Assembly (NCBI GenBank): GCA_951406725.2 | Contig: OX597818.1 | Location: 94,984,001-95,048,000 of the forward strand | Reading direction: 5' to 3' | Length of the DNA: 64,000 nucleotides | From: Octopus vulgaris | Taxonomy: Eukaryota | Shown: in pieces, positions 1 through 9,754 of the stretch | Layout of the letters: each line of letters opens with the position of its first letter | How positions within the stretch are numbered: the first letter of the stretch is position 1 | Translations under genes and position numbers: made by a program | The notes under the pieces: model-generated | The model's database searches: none | What the model was told of the DNA's origin: nothing | What the model saw: the letters and a program-made list of their open reading frames with translations, nothing else

Positions 1-2
1 TC

Positions 3-420
3 CATGAGATAGAGAATAGGAAGCCAGACATTGAGAAAGAAAACAAACTATGCTGGATCATAGATATAGCATGCCCAGCTGACAACAAGGTATGCAATAA
101 GGAAAAAAAAAAGTCACGAGATATGACAGGTTAGCTTGGGAAGTTAAGCAGCTGTGGTGGATGAAAAAGGTAGCAGTAATAACAATAATTGTCAGAGCCC
201 TGGGAACAGTGAGCAAAAATCTTGAGAAGTACGTGGAACAAATAGGGGCTGCAATAAGGGTGGAGCACTTGCAGAAAACAGCACTGCTTGGAACCATTCG
301 AATACTCCGAAAGGTGCTTGAAAAATAAGATATGCTACATTAGTTCACTGGTAGTGAACAGCTGACACTGTAGTACATCTCCAGTGTTAGAAGCTGTGCA
401 AAGGCAATAATAATAATAGT
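3..420 (+). mobile_element. 3' end of an RLE-type non-LTR retrotransposon (R4/Dong-like), restriction-like endonuclease domain remnant plus 3' UTR and (TAA)n tail
   Basis: Manual translation with one frameshift in the A-run near 103-112: HEIENRKPDI..LCWIIDIACPAD..KE-K..RYDRLAWEVKQLW..ALGTVSKNL..LQKTALLGTIRILRKVLEK* (stop 326-328). This matches the RKPD..D..P PD-(D/E)xK endonuclease C-terminus of R4/Dong elements; ends in aataataata. Confidence 0.85.
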
Positions 421-699
421 AATTGTTTCTGATATAAGGACAAGGTCAGAAATTCATAGGAATGGTGCAGTTGATTAAATCAACTCGAACACTTAGACTG
501 GTACTTTATTTTAGTGACCGCCTCCCCCAAGATGGATAAAAAGCAAAGATTTGAACTCAGAATATAAAGAGCCAGAACAAATATTCAAGAAATATTTTCC
601 TACACTAGCAATCCTGCTCATCCGTATTTGTTCATTTTCTTTCGTACTTTTATCCTTTCTTGTATATGCAATGTAATTGATATCTGTTATAACATCTAT

Positions 700-880
700 T
701 CATGCTTGTGTCAACCAGATGGATTTTATTGAGGCGGATTTTCTACAGTTTGATGCCCTTCCTGTCACCAACCCTCACTTGTAATATTTCCCATAACTGG
801 TCATGTTTTCAGGGAAGACTGGATATGAAGAACACTGCTTGTATGATGGTGATGTTTGTGTATGACTGTTGCACAATGTC
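700..880 (-). mobile_element. SINE fragment with RTE-related tail
   Basis: Contains gattttctacagtttgatgcccttcctgtcaccaaccc, the motif shared with 27770-27960, 60600-60800 and the RTE 3' UTR at 33700-33840. Confidence 0.6.
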
Positions 881-948
881 AAAACAAGGAACAAACACAT
901 ACACACACTTGCACATTCATACATACACACAAACATATATATATATAT

Positions 949-1493
949 ATAACAATTTAACAAATAAAACATATGCATACATACATACATATATGTACAT
1001 ACCTACATCTATATGTATATATACATGCATATATATATGAGTACAGGACGCCACAAATAAACGTAGAACACGAGAAACGAAAACATAAAAACAAACAAGG
1101 AAACGGACTTTTTTTAACAACGAAAAAACAGAGTACAAGACAAACAATACAAGGAATATTCCCCTTCATCAGCTGCCCCTGGTTCGACTCAATGCGTGTT
1201 TCGAAGGTAAGGGCAGTTTAACATGATCCGGCCGAAGCAACACGCATTGAGTCGAACCAGGGGCAGCTGATGAAAGGGAATATTCCTTGTATTGTTTGTC
1301 TTGTACTCTGTTTTTTTGTTGTTAAAAAAAGTCCGTTTCCTTGTTTGTTTTTATGTTTTCGTTTCTCGTTGTGTTCTACGTTTATTTGTGGCATCCTGTA
1401 CTCATATATATATGCATGTATATATACATATAGATGTAGGTATGTATATATATGTATGTATGTATGCATATGTTTTATTTGTTAAATTGTTAT
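949..1493. repeat. Long fold-back palindrome (arms 949-1200 and 1239-1493, 38-nt loop), probably PLE-terminus derived
   Basis: Arms are near-perfect reverse complements with only a few substitutions or indels; the ORF track shows mirrored ORFs on both strands. Confidence 0.9.
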
Positions 1494-1538
1494 TATATGA
1501 CTGAGCACCTCGTATCGTTTCTTATCCTCCAAGTAAGT

Positions 1539-1571
<33 letters not shown>

Positions 1572-1963
1572 CAACAGGCCTTTTTCAGTTTCCATTGGCC
1601 AAAGCTATTAGTTTGAAGAAGCTTACCAAAAATGCTGCACAATATGAAAGAACATGAAACCACTTGGTTGGCAAACAAACTTCATAACCACATAGCCAAT
1701 GATTGTCTATAAATTTCATCTTTGGTCTTGTGATCATGTCATGAGATGTTTTATGTCCTCATGAAAAACCTAGCCTGCATACCATCAAGGTAATGTTAAA
1801 GCTCCTTTATAGACCAAGTTTCAGCTCCATAAATAAGTACTCTCTAGTTTGACCAAAAGAACCAGCTATTGCAAGCAAAAATAAATATTGAAAAAAAAAA
1901 AGGGCATTCAGCCAAATTTGGACATACAACAGTTTGACATAATAGCAACAATATATATTGTGA

Positions 1964-2250
1964 AGACACATGGCCTCATGTTAAGAGTGTTGTACTCAAA
2001 ATTGTTAGATCTCAGTCCGAGCAGTGCATTGTGCTCATGAGCCAAACACATCATTGCAAATTACTCTAGTTCACTCAACTGTCAATGAATAACCCTGTGA
2101 TAGATTGGTCTTCTGATCAGGGAGAATGTTGGCCTGTTTGCCTAACCAATGGGGGTGGCATCATTCAAAAGCTAAAAAACAATGTCAAGCACATTGTGAC
2201 CAGTGATGTATAACAGTATCCATATCCAAAAGTCTGGTTGATCATGTGAT
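1964..2250 (+). mobile_element. Degenerate tRNA-derived SINE
   Basis: Decayed A/B-box head (catggcctcatgttaagagtgttgtactc); 3' part ggggtggcatcattcaaaagctaaaa..tgtgaccagtgatgt recurs at 29310-29410. Confidence 0.6.
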
Positions 2251-2309
2251 ATACATACGTACATACATACATACACACATACACACACACACACACACAC
2301 ACATATATG

Positions 2310-2590
2310 TGGAGGCACAATGGCCCAGTGGTTAGGGCAACAGACTCGCGGTTGGAGAATTGCAGTTTCAATTCCCAGACTGGGCGCTATGTGTGTTTAT
2401 TGAGCAAAAACACCTAAAAGCTCCACGCGGCTCCAGCAGGGGGTGGCGACGACCCCTGTTGAACTCTTTCGCCACAACTTTCTCTCACTCTCCCTTCCTT
2501 TTTCTTGAGTAATGCTGCAATGGACTGGCGTCTCGTCCAGCTGGGGGCAGGAAACCGGGCCCATGAGCCTGGCTAGGCTTGAAAAGGGCA
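2310..2590 (+). mobile_element. tRNA(Arg)-like SINE (octopus OR1-type), full length
   Basis: A box tggcccagtggtt and B box-like gtttcaattccc; same family at 23750-23995, 46640-46937(-) and 63046-63227(-). Confidence 0.8.
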
Positions 2591-2591
2591 A

Positions 2592-2626
<35 letters not shown>

Positions 2627-2733
2627 TAGAGAAGAACCACCATGTAGCAATTCAACAATGATATACTTAAATTATACCATATAGAAAATAATTAAAGATA
2701 TGATAAAACATTTACCTAGAACTAAATAAAGTA

Positions 2734-3131
2734 TCTCTCTATCTCTTCTCTCTCTATATAAACGGCAGTTTGTCTGTGTGTGTTTCTGTGTGTCTGTTTG
2801 GTTGTACCCTCACCCTGACCACGGCTTTCAACCGATTCTGATGAAACTTGACACACACATAGCCCAATGTCATAATTCAAAACTAACGCAGCGAAAATTT
2901 TGAAAAGTTCCCCCAGTTCTGAAAAAAATCGATAAATTCGACATGGGGTCGAGAATCAGAAACCCAAACCACAGACCGTCTAGGGGACGCAACTCCACCT
3001 TTTTTAACTCTCAAAAAAAAATTTACCATCATTTTTTTCCATTTTTTTGCTATTTTTTGGCTATAACTCTCTAAAAATGCTTTATAGTTATTTCCCTTAC
3101 AAACCTGAGCAACGCCGGGCGATACTGCTAG
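2734..3131 (+). mobile_element. Non-autonomous Helitron (copy 1)
   Basis: 5' TC after A, internal gtctg microsatellite and ccgattctgatgaaacttg motif, GC-rich subterminal gagcaacgccgggcgatactg and 3' CTAG followed by T. Confidence 0.8.
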
Positions 3132-3505
3132 TATTATAAACGGCAGTTTGTCTGTCTGTGTGTCTGTCAGGTTGTACCCTCACCCTGACCACGGCTTTCA
3201 ACCGATTCTGATGAAGCTTGACACACACATAGCCCAATGTCATAATTCAAAACTAACGCAGAGAAAATTTTGAAAAGTTCCCCCAGTTCTGAAAAAAATT
3301 TTCTGTCTAGGGGACACAACTCGACCTTTTTATCGCCCAAAGGGACAGCTAGGAACATCGTATACACAGAAGTATTCGAGTGAAGAGAAGACATTGCAAC
3401 CTACACATGCGCCTTCGTTCCCTAGAGGGAAAGGACTAGATTGGGATTAGTCGTTGCCTACTAGGGGCTCTTACATACCCGGGCAACGCTGGGCTGTGCT
3501 GCTAG
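3132..3505 (+). mobile_element. Non-autonomous Helitron (copy 2, different 3' half)
   Basis: First ~170 bp nearly identical to copy 1, then unrelated sequence ending cccgggcaacgctgggctgtgctgCTAG|T. Confidence 0.75.
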
Positions 3506-4100
3506 TGAAATAATAAATAGTATATAATTATTAATTATATACTTTTTATTTATTATTTTGTACTTTCTTTAGTTCTAGGTAAATGTTTTATCGTATCTTT
3601 AATTATTTTCTATATGGTATGATTTAAGTATATCATTGTTGAATTGCTACATGGTGGTTCTTCTCTAATTTATATACATGTATTATATATTGTGAAATTT
3701 GATTTAGTATTACTAAATTGAATTTTTCCCAGTAAGTTTGGAATCATATTCTCTAATATTATAATTATTATATATATATATTGCAGTGAACCTCTCCCAC
3801 ATATTTTTAACACCTCCTGAGAAAGCCAAGACAGGGAGGCAATTAAAAGGGTGTGTGAGATATGACCTGAGATGGTGTAAAAAAAAAAAGTGTTCTGTGA
3901 AGAGTAGGGTGTCTGTGAAGGGTTAGGTTATCTGTAGGTGGGTGGGGTCTCACTGTGCAATTTGCAGAAGGACACTTGAGTTTATTAACATTTCACTGTT
4001 GACATTTAAAAAACATTCTGAATTGTCTTGAGAATCATATCCTCTGTCAACTGTTGATATTTTTATCAACTCTTTCTCTCTATCACTCATTATTTCTCAC

Positions 4101-4322
<222 letters not shown>

Positions 4323-4999
4323 ACTCTCTCTCACTCTTTTTCTTTCTTTCTTCTTTCTCTTTTATTTTTACTGTCAAATGTCTCTTGTTGTCATAATATA
4401 GCTAACTTGCTATTAGTGTTGTTATACATAGTGGAGAGGGTGATGTTGATGTGGGTGGTATTGTTGGTGTTATTTAGCCCTAGGTCATCTTTGATCAAAC
4501 GAACCTATAGTCAAAAAGACATTCCAGCAGTGACCATCCAATGTTTTTACTTTTTTCCTTTCAGATACAGTTTATTGAGTATTGTGTCATCTAATGCTTC
4601 TTTTTTCTAAGACTGTTGGGTATGATTTAGCTGCTATTTCTAATAAGTTTACCCTTCATTAAATCATGGTGCCAGTGTCTGTTGGTAGTTGCTCTTGTTT
4701 AATCCCAAGTCAAGCATGACTGAGCACACATCTGATCAGAAGCAATCCAGCCATATCATCCTGTCTATTTAAGGATTTCCAAGTCTACAGAATATAATGT
4801 CTCCTGTTCTAAATGAGTTTGTAGGGTGTGATATGGGGTGATTTTGTCAGTTATTTCAAGTAAGTCATTGTGACCAAATACAGGGGTTGCTGTTACTATT
4901 TAGCTCTGATTGAGTAAGTCAACAATTAAAGGCTTATGTTGGACTTTATTATGTACTGTGCACTGTCCTAATATATACATACATATATATATATATATA

Positions 5000-5844
5000 C
5001 AGGCATACCTTGCCTTAAGTCGTTTCATCGGTTTTCAAAAATAATATATGGAAAAATAAAAATCAAGTTAAATCATTTTACTCGACTTTACATCTATCTG
5101 CCACAAATATTGGAATTGTAAAATCACTAGAAAACCATTAAAAGCACATAAAGTGATGTTACTGTACAATGAATAAGAATAAAAGCATTTAAAATCATAT
5201 GAAAATACATACAGTAAATGTTAAGATACACAGCATAAAGCAGTGTAGCTTAGTGAATGAAATCATGAAATCAGCTGTGTTGACTTATTTATCTGTCTCT
5301 CAGGGCTCATATTGCACTGTAGTTCCAATATCTGCTGTTAAGCATTGTTGCCGTTTGTGATTTCTGCAATAGTTTTATGTCTGTTTATTGGCTACTTTTT
5401 CATTCATTTGTGACTTTATTTTTTGACCCCATGGCTCCTAAGAAAATTCATAGTGAAAGTGCTAAGCGTTATGCTATAACACTGGAAGATAAACCGGGTA
5501 TGATAAAACGTCATGAAAAATGTGAAAAAGTGGTAGCAATTACATGATCTTTTGGGATGAGTTGGACAACTGTATCGACGATTGTACATAATAAAAACAA
5601 GATTTTAGTACATGTCAAATCCGAAGCCCCAGGTATGATGAACACTGTCATCAATGAGAAAAAATTATTTGTTTGTAAGCTTAAAATAGGTTTTTATTAA
5701 CCATGTATTATTGAAAATGCATTCATAAATAAAGTACAGAACTGGGAATGGTTATTAACAGTTTAACCCAGAAACAAGTAAATTCAGCCTAGCCTATTCT
5801 AGAGAGAAGTTAATTCAACTCAAGTCGTGTCTTCTGGAACCAAT

Positions 5845-5847
<3 letters not shown>
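5000..5847 (+). mobile_element. Tigger/pogo-like DNA transposon remnant with N-terminal HTH of transposase (5431-5660)
   Basis: Starts TA|caggcatacct (Tigger-like TIR start). Translation MAPKK..KRYAITLEDK..MIKRHEK..SFGMSWTTVSTIVHNKNKIL resembles the CENP-B/psq HTH; contains an internal stop. Confidence 0.7.
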
Positions 5848-5879
<32 letters not shown>

Positions 5880-6003
5880 ATAAAAATGGTAAGACAACAA
5901 AAGAAAGAAAGAGACCTCGATATTATATAAATAGAGGAATTTATCTGTAAATGTAATATGATCATGGCTACTGAATAATTGTCACAAATTACATTTACAG
6001 ATA
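5880..6003. mobile_element. Short PLE-type terminal fragment with an internal inversion
   Basis: 5880-5957 matches 8935-9005; 5963-5986 is the reverse complement of 9012-9035; 16-bp inverted repeat at 5942-5957 / 5988-6003. Confidence 0.55.
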
Positions 6004-6017
6004 TATATATATATATA

Positions 6018-6492
6018 CAGGGTTATTCAAAAAGAATGAACCAATTTCATTACACAAATTTTTCATAAGGAAAAGCTAAATCACAAGTATATATTCATAA
6101 TCAATTTGATAAGAGAATTCCTCCCGGACGTGTATCAGCATATCACAATCCACTGAGTTGATCACTGTTGTTATTTGATGTTTAAGGTCATTGAGGTTAG
6201 TGGGTAGGGGTGGAACATAAACACAATCTTTTACATAACCCCACAAGAAAAAAAATCATACATGGTGAGGTCTGGGGATCTTGTAGACCAAGCACAAAGA
6301 GTGTCTGGGAGGAATTCTCTTATTGTATTGATGTTACCCTTGCTGCAGGTAGTAGCCACAATGAACACTTGTAAGACAGGAAATAAAAGTTGGTTGTGAG
6401 TAAATTCTTGTGACTTAACTGGAGTTTTCTGTTGCTTTTCCTTATTAAAATACTGCATAGTAAAATAGGTATATTCTTTTTGAATAACCCTG
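6018..6492 (-). mobile_element. Internally deleted Tc1/mariner (maT/DD37D-like) element
   Basis: Perfect 20-bp TIRs cagggttattcaaaaagaat with TA flanks; remnant AWSTRSPDLTMYDFF resembles WPPRSPDLTPCDFF. Confidence 0.85.
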
Positions 6493-6548
6493 TATATATA
6501 TATATACTTTATTTAAAAGCAGCAGAAATATAACAAAAGCTCTCACTT

Positions 6549-6658
<110 letters not shown>

Positions 6659-6660
6659 TT

Positions 6661-6713
6661 TATAGAAGGAGCTTCTACAGGACTAGAACTGTTTCATTCA
6701 TGAAACAGTTCTA
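6661..6713 (-). mobile_element. 53-bp PLE terminal stub with 5' inversion, in a (TA)n tract
   Basis: 6661-6700 identical to 31877-31916, followed by an inverted copy (hairpin tagaactgtttcat-tc-atgaaacagttcta). Confidence 0.75.
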
Positions 6714-6739
6714 TATATATGTATGTATATAACAACATT

Positions 6740-7036
6740 CGAGCGAGGGTGTTGCCAGTGCCTCTGGACTGGCTCCTGTGCAGGTGACATATAAATACCA
6801 TTTGAGCGTGGCCATTGCCAGTACCGCCTGACTGGCCCTCGTGCCGGTGACCTATAAAAATACCCACTACACTCTCTGAGTGGTTAGCATTAGGAAGGGC
6901 ATCCAACTATAGAAACCCTGCCAGATCAGATTGGAGCCTGGTGCAGCCATCTGGTTCAACAGTCCCCAGTCAAACCGTCCAACCCATGCCAGCATGGAAA
7001 GCGGACGTTAAACGATGATGATGATGATGATGATGA
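6740..7036 (+). mobile_element. RTE 3' UTR-derived or SINE copy with (GAT)n tail
   Basis: Reverse complement of the RTE 3' UTR at 33688-33900; ends aacgatgatgatgatg. Confidence 0.8.
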
Positions 7037-7296
7037 TATATGTATGTATATTTGTGTGTGTGTATATATGTTGGTGTAGAATAGATATACTATTAAATTA
7101 GTATCTAATTCTCTCACCCTTATTAATTAATTATAATTATGCTGCATTTATTTCTAAATGCTGTATTTGTTTTCCGTGAAAGTTTGACGCGCTGTTAGTT
7201 GGGGCATTTGAATTATAACGTCGGATGTAATCAATTGAACCACACGCGTATTTATCGTTATGGTAAAATCTGGCGTGTGATTGAGTGGATTTCATC

Positions 7297-7392
7297 CAGA
7301 TAGTTTTGGCTGAAGAGCTACAAGTGGATTTTATTGTAAGTAAAATTACATTTAATTCATTAATAGCGAAACAATTGTCCCAAAATAATCTG
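7297..7392 (+). ncRNA. Type I hammerhead ribozyme, copy 1 (predicted cleavage after C7379)
   Basis: Stem I cagatagttttgg/ccaaaataatctg; core CUGAAGA at 7310-7316; stem II GCUA/UAGC with an extended hairpin; GAAA; stem III AC-AAUU-GU; GUC cleavage triplet. Confidence 0.9.
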
Positions 7393-7829
7393 TATTTGTT
7401 ATTTTTTATTTGCCCTGTCCGTGTGAGCTAACAATCGTACTGACTTTCATGGGAAACATGTATTTTTGTGGTTGAAACCTTTTGGATTAACTGGTGCTAG
7501 AGTGAGCCATATAGTGACCATTCTCTTATATTTATTTTGTAAAAATATTATAATATATTATAAAATATTATAATAATCCAGGTTTCTCGAAGCACTAGGC
7601 CACTTGGTGTAGAATAGATATACTATTAAATTAGTATCTAATTCTCTCACCCTTATTAATTAATTATAATTATGCTGCATTTATTTCTAAATGCTGTATT
7701 TGTTTTCCGTGAAAGTTTGGCGCGCTGTAAGTTGGGGCATTTGAATTATAACGTCGGATGTAATCAATTGAACCACACGCGTATTTATCGTTATGGTAAA
7801 ATCTGGCGTGTGATTGAGTGGATTTCATC

Positions 7830-7925
7830 CAGATAGTTTTGGCTGAAGAGCTACAAGTGGATTTTATTGTAAGTAAAATTACATTTAATTCATTAATAGC
7901 GAAACAATTGTCCCAAAATAATCTG
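7830..7925 (+). ncRNA. Type I hammerhead ribozyme, copy 2 (predicted cleavage after C7912)
   Basis: Identical to copy 1, offset +533. Confidence 0.9.
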
Positions 7926-8362
7926 TATTTGTTATTTTTTATTTGCCCTGTCCGTGTGAGCTAACAATCGTACTGACTTTCATGGGAAACATGTATTTTT
8001 GTGGTTGAAACCTTTTGGATTAACTGGTGCTAGAGTGAGCCATATAGTGACCACTCTCTTATATTTATTTTGTAAAAATATTATAATATATTATAAAATA
8101 TTATAATAATCCAGGTTTCTCGAAGCACTAGGCCACTTGGTGTAGAATAGATATACTATTAAATTAGTATCTAATTCTCTCACCCTTATTAATTAATTAT
8201 AATTATGCTGCATTTATTTCTAAATGCTGTATTTGTTTTCCGTGAAAGTTTGACGCGCTGTTAGTTGGGGCATTTGAATTATAACGTCGGATGTAATCAA
8301 TTGAACCACACGCGTATTTATCGTTATGGTAAAATCTGGCGTGTGATTGAGTGGATTTCATC

Positions 8363-8458
8363 CAGATAGTTTTGGCTGAAGAGCTACAAGTGGATTTTAT
8401 TGTAAGTAAAATTACATTTAATTCATTAATAGCGAAACAATTGTCCCAAAATAATCTG
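8363..8458 (+). ncRNA. Type I hammerhead ribozyme, copy 3 (predicted cleavage after C8445)
   Basis: Identical to copy 1, offset +1066. Confidence 0.9.
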
Positions 8459-8597
8459 TATTTGTTATTTTTTATTTGCCCTGTCCGTGTGAGCTAACAA
8501 TCGTACTGACTTTCATGGGAAACATGTATTTTTGTGGTTGAAACCTTTTGGATTAACTGGTGCTAGAGTGAGCCATATAGTGACCACTCTCTTATAT

Positions 8598-8649
<52 letters not shown>

Positions 8650-8930
8650 ATATATAAGGCAAATGGAGAGGATATAAAATCAACAAACATCAGCCAGTAA
8701 ACATTCCATTATATCTATTTATTAAATGTTAACAAACATGTATTTTAAGTGGCACAAGTAAACGAATGAGATCAGCCAATAGATAGGTAAATGGATATAT
8801 ATAGAGAGAGATGAATGAATAATAATAGATGAGTGTACAGATACATATATACAGATATATATTTGTGCTTATATATATTTATATATATGTATGTATATAT
8901 AAATGTGTGTATATATACATATATATATAT

Positions 8931-9105
8931 TGACAGAAATGGCAAGACAACAAAAGAATGAAGGAGACCTCAATATTATGTAAATAGAAGAATTTATCAG
9001 TAAATATATTATGTGACAATTATTCGGTAGCCATGATAAAACTCCGAGTTCGGATTTCAGGGCAGAAATCCACGCTAGCATCTCTTCAGTTATTTACAGA
9101 TATAT
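8931..9105 (-). mobile_element. PLE-type terminal fragment with a degenerate hammerhead-like motif
   Basis: Minus strand reads CUGAAGA-G (9089-9082) ... C-GAAUAAUUGUC (to 9015). It lacks the canonical A15.1-C15.2; related to 5880-6003. Confidence 0.45.
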
Positions 9106-9363
9106 ATATATATAATTATTATTTGAGGGAATAAAATCCAAACTTATAAGGAAAAACAATTCAATTTAGAAATACTAAACCTATTATATACATTATATTA
9201 TTCTTGTAATTTACTTAATCTTTTCTTTTTAATTGTTATTTTGATTTTAACTTTTCTATTATATGTAATTTTCTAGATGGTGTAATTTAATTATTCATTT
9301 TGAACTGATAAAAGGTGGGTTTTTTCTAATATTTTATATATATATATGTAGATGTGTTATATA

Positions 9364-9754
9364 TGCAGATGTGTTACCAGTGCCGGTGGCATGTAAGAGA
9401 ACCATCCGTTCGTGACCGTTGCCAGCGCCGCCCCGACTGGCCTTGTGCCGGTGGCATGTAAAAAGCACCATCCGTTCGTGTCCGTTGCCAGCCCCGCCTG
9501 GCCCCCGTGCCGGTGGCACATAAAAAGCACCATCCGTTCGTGGCCGTTTGCCAGCTCTGTCTGGCACCTGTGCAGGTGGCACGTAAAACGCACCCACTAC
9601 ACTCTCGGAGTGGTTGGCGTTAGGAAGGGCATCCAGCCATAGAAACACTGCCAGATCTGACTAGGCCTGATGAAGCCTTCTGGCTTCACAGACCTCAGTT
9701 GAACCGTCCAACCCATGCTAGCATGGAAGACGGACGCTAAACGATGATGATGAT
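9364..9754 (+). mobile_element. RTE 3' UTR-derived copy with internal ~55-bp repeats and (GAT)n tail
   Basis: Reverse complement of 33690-34050. Confidence 0.85.

Larger units (their letters stand above)
2621..3673. repeat. Fold-back (palindromic) element interrupted by two Helitrons
   Basis: 2621-2733 is the reverse complement of 3561-3673. Removing 2734-3505 extends the palindrome to a centre gtatataatt-att-aattatatac near 3520-3542. Confidence 0.8.
7071..8604 (+). repeat. Tandem array of 533-bp hammerhead-containing units (2.9 copies; candidate non-LTR retrozyme)
   Basis: Units start ttggtgtagaatag at 7071, 7604 and 8137; only three differences seen (7187/7720, 7196/7729, 7521/8054); no ORF in the track; flanked by TA/TG microsatellite. 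Confidence 0.95.

Noticed and set aside
1195-1285. Type II hammerhead (GAAAC..GUC..CUGAUGA order) at the palindrome centre
   Set aside because: Stem I cannot form next to the core (G opposite G), and stems II and III are weak.
2310-2390. tRNA genes at SINE heads (also 21476-21545, 46860-46937, 49390-49450)
   Set aside because: No closed cloverleaf or acceptor stem; they continue directly into SINE bodies.
7440-7462. Second hammerhead within the 533-bp unit (ctgactttcatgggaaacatgta)
   Set aside because: Core reads CUGACUU rather than CUGANGA, and there is no stem I or II.
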